Source: a virus
DNA: 64,000 bases
Strand: one strand, 5' to 3'
IMG/VR virus record: IMGVR_UViG_3300046782_000129
Location: 32,001-96,000 of that record
The stretch's first letter is position 1, and every line of letters begins with the position of its first letter. Both the position numbers and the translations under genes were made by a program. The notes beneath the pieces were generated by a model that was given only the letters and a program-made list of their open reading frames with translations, had not been told where the DNA came from and searched no databases. Positions 62,089-64,000 of this stretch are shown piece by piece.

Positions 62089-62380
62089 ATTGTTGGCGGC
62101 GGCTCTGGAAGCCAAGAAGATGGTCATAGGCAGGGGCCACGTTCTGGGTAAGTGGAAGTCACAGGTGGGTGGGGATATGCACCCATCGAAGGCGCAGATT
62201 CTTCACGTGCAGTGTGTGCAGTGCCAAGCGTGGCTCAATCTTGAACTAATGGTGGACGAGACCATCCACGTGGGTGGAGCAGCCTACAGACGGCCCTGCC
62301 AAGGTATCATCAGAAGCAGGAAGCGGAAAGCCGCCAAGCAACAACCGGTGAATGAAGAGCGTGCCGTGCAAGGAGAGTGA
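62069..62380 (+). CDS. Small putative Zn-binding protein
   Basis: GHVLGKW...CVQC...GGAAYRRPC; last codons overlap the first array repeats. Confidence 0.55.
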   Translation: MTPRGRKLLAAALEAKKMVIGRGHVLGKWKSQVGGDMHPSKAQILHVQCVQCQAWLNLELMVDETIHVGGAAYRRPCQGIIRSRKRKAAKQQPVNEERAVQGE

Positions 62381-64000
62381 GCCGCTAAGGTGGGAGAGTG
62401 CCGTGTGCTCAGAGCGATCCGGGTAGCACGAGCGCACCGATGTTGGAGAGTGAGTCATCATCAATGAGGCGCACCGTATCTGCTGAACGAGTCGTGACAT
62501 GTGAGGGTGCCAAGGTAACGAAACGAGTCTGCACAAGTGAGCGTACCGAGTACAGTGAACGAGTCTGAGGCGAGGAAGGGTGCCGTGAACCGTGAACGAG
62601 TCTAGGTCAGAGAGCGCACCGAGATGTTTGAACGAATCGTTCCAACGGAGCGTGCCGTCCATTGCGAATGAACCGAAGCCTCCTGCCCGGAGGCCGCAGA
62701 GCGTACCTGAAGGGCGTTGAGTGAGCCGCTGAACTACGAGCGCACCGTAGCAGTTGATCGAGTCGTGCTTCATGAGCGTACCGAAAAGCTTGGAACGAGT
62801 CATGTTGAGCGAGAGGACCGTTAGCCATGATCGAGTCGAGTTGAACGAGCGCACCATACTTGGTGAACGAGTCGTGTGGCCCCGAGGGCACCGTGATTGT
62901 TGAACGAGTCGAGAGACGCGAGAGCACCAGAATAACTGAACGAGTCTCTTTCGGAGAGCGTGCCGCAGTATCGGAACGAACCACATGCGACGACCGCACC
63001 GAATCACACGAGTGAGTCGTTGAGTGCGAGTGGACCGTTGTTAACGAACGAGTCGTCTAGTAAGAGCGCACCAAAATACAGGATCGAGTCGAGCAGTAAG
63101 AGCGTACCGTGGCTTAGGAACGAGTCGTAAGGAGAGACATCACGAAGCATCTGAACGAGTCGGGGCAATTGAAAGTTACGTACGGATCGAACGAGTCGTG
63201 AATGGTTAGCGTACCGAAGCATCTGAACGAGTCCTGACAGCAGTGGGTGCCGTAATGACAGAACGAGTCGTATAGGGTGAGAGTACCATCAGACGAAGAA
63301 CGAGTCGTGAACGAACGAGCGCACCGTGGGAGTTGAACGAGTTGTGTCAAGCGAGGGTGCCGATCTTCTTGAACGAGTCGTGTTGACCGAGCGTGCCGTG
63401 GTTTGAGAACGAGTCTCCTATGTAGAGCGTACCGAGCCTGTTGAACGAGTCGGAATTGCGGAGAGTGCCGAGTTGTTTGAACGAGCCGCACCGATTGAGG
63501 GCACCTTAGACGTGGATCGAGTCGGGCAAAGAGAGCGTGCCGTGATAGAGGAACGAACCAAGCGTACTTGAGCGCACCGTGATCTAGGAGTGAGTCGAGC
63601 CACTTGAGTTACCCGCGAGGTTCGAACGAACCGCAAATATTGAGAAGGCCGGGACATGGGAGTGAGCCGAGACAGCCGACCAGTCACGAGATGAAGTAGC
63701 GAGTCGCTGACATACGAGGGTGCCGCGCAAGGTGAACGAGTTGGAAGCTTCAGAGGGCACCGAGACGGACGAACGAGTCGAGCCACGTGAGTGTACCCTG
63801 AGGTTCGAACGAGTCGAGACTACTGCGAGTACCGAGCTAACGGAACGAGCCATGCGAGACGAGCCGGGGATCATGATCCCACGTTGGCCATGAGCGAGTC
63901 GTGCAAGTGAGGGCATCGTCCTAGAAGAACGAGTCGTGACAGTCGAGCGCACCACCCGCAAAGAACGAGTCGAGATTTTTGAGCGTACCAAACTCATGGA
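62357..64000 (+). ncRNA. TIGR-like dual-repeat guide-RNA array (at least 44 units, 36-nt period; runs off the window)
   Basis: Alternating GAACGAGTC-type and GAGCGYRCC-type 9-mers separated by ~9-nt variable spacers; e.g. first repeat at 62485, 62521, 62557, 62594, 62630 ... 63927, 63963. Confidence 0.9.

Larger units (their letters stand above)
1..64000 (+). mobile_element. Segment of a tailed dsDNA bacteriophage (or phage-plasmid) genome
   Basis: Terminase large subunit, tail-fibre genes, phage-type replisome, dense co-oriented small ORFs, no host housekeeping operons. Confidence 0.95.

Noticed and set aside
62246-63997. Minus-strand ORFs across the array (e.g. 62246-63007, 63584-63997)
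   Set aside because: By-products of the 36-nt periodicity; frequent 1-nt indels between units shift frames, and there is no RBS or codon bias.
62357-64000. CRISPR array
   Set aside because: Repeats are two alternating degenerate 9-mers with 9-nt spacers, not 23-47-nt repeats with ~30-nt spacers; no cas1/cas2 or effector genes in the window.
63990-64000. Self-targeting: AAACTCATGGA also occurs at 22918-22928
   Set aside because: Only one half-guide matches and the partner spacer does not; such short matches are expected by chance. A full self-target search could not be done by eye.
1-64000. tRNA/rRNA genes, integrase, capsid and portal genes
   Set aside because: None recognised by eye in this window; they may lie elsewhere in the genome, and tRNAscan was not run.

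Overview
The window is a 64-kb segment of a GC-rich (~60%) tailed dsDNA bacteriophage genome, almost entirely on the + strand. It carries a replication/recombination block (initiator, DnaB, primase, SSB, SF2 helicase, RecA, Cas4-like exonuclease, RuvC, family A DNA polymerase), a terminase, many small genes with their own sigma70 promoters, collagen-like tail-fibre genes, putative head-packaged effectors (HD domain plus ADP-ribosyltransferase; metallopeptidase), and a truncated PPDK-like dikinase with two CX5R phosphatases. Two PEP-CTERM genes imply a Gram-negative host with an exosortase, possibly an Acidobacterium (inference). The standout feature is at the right end. A nuclease-less Nop-domain/IS110-related protein (60911-61783) lies upstream of a non-coding array of at least 44 units with 36-nt period: two alternating 9-nt repeats separated by ~9-nt variable spacers (62357 to the window end). 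This is the architecture of a TIGR-Tas (TasA-type) RNA-guided DNA-targeting system. Also notable are about 20 dispersed copies of a 14-bp quasi-palindrome (TGCAATCAGTTGCM-like) and two inverted copies of a 10-bp iteron cluster 41.6 kb apart. All calls are from manual reading; no database searches were run.
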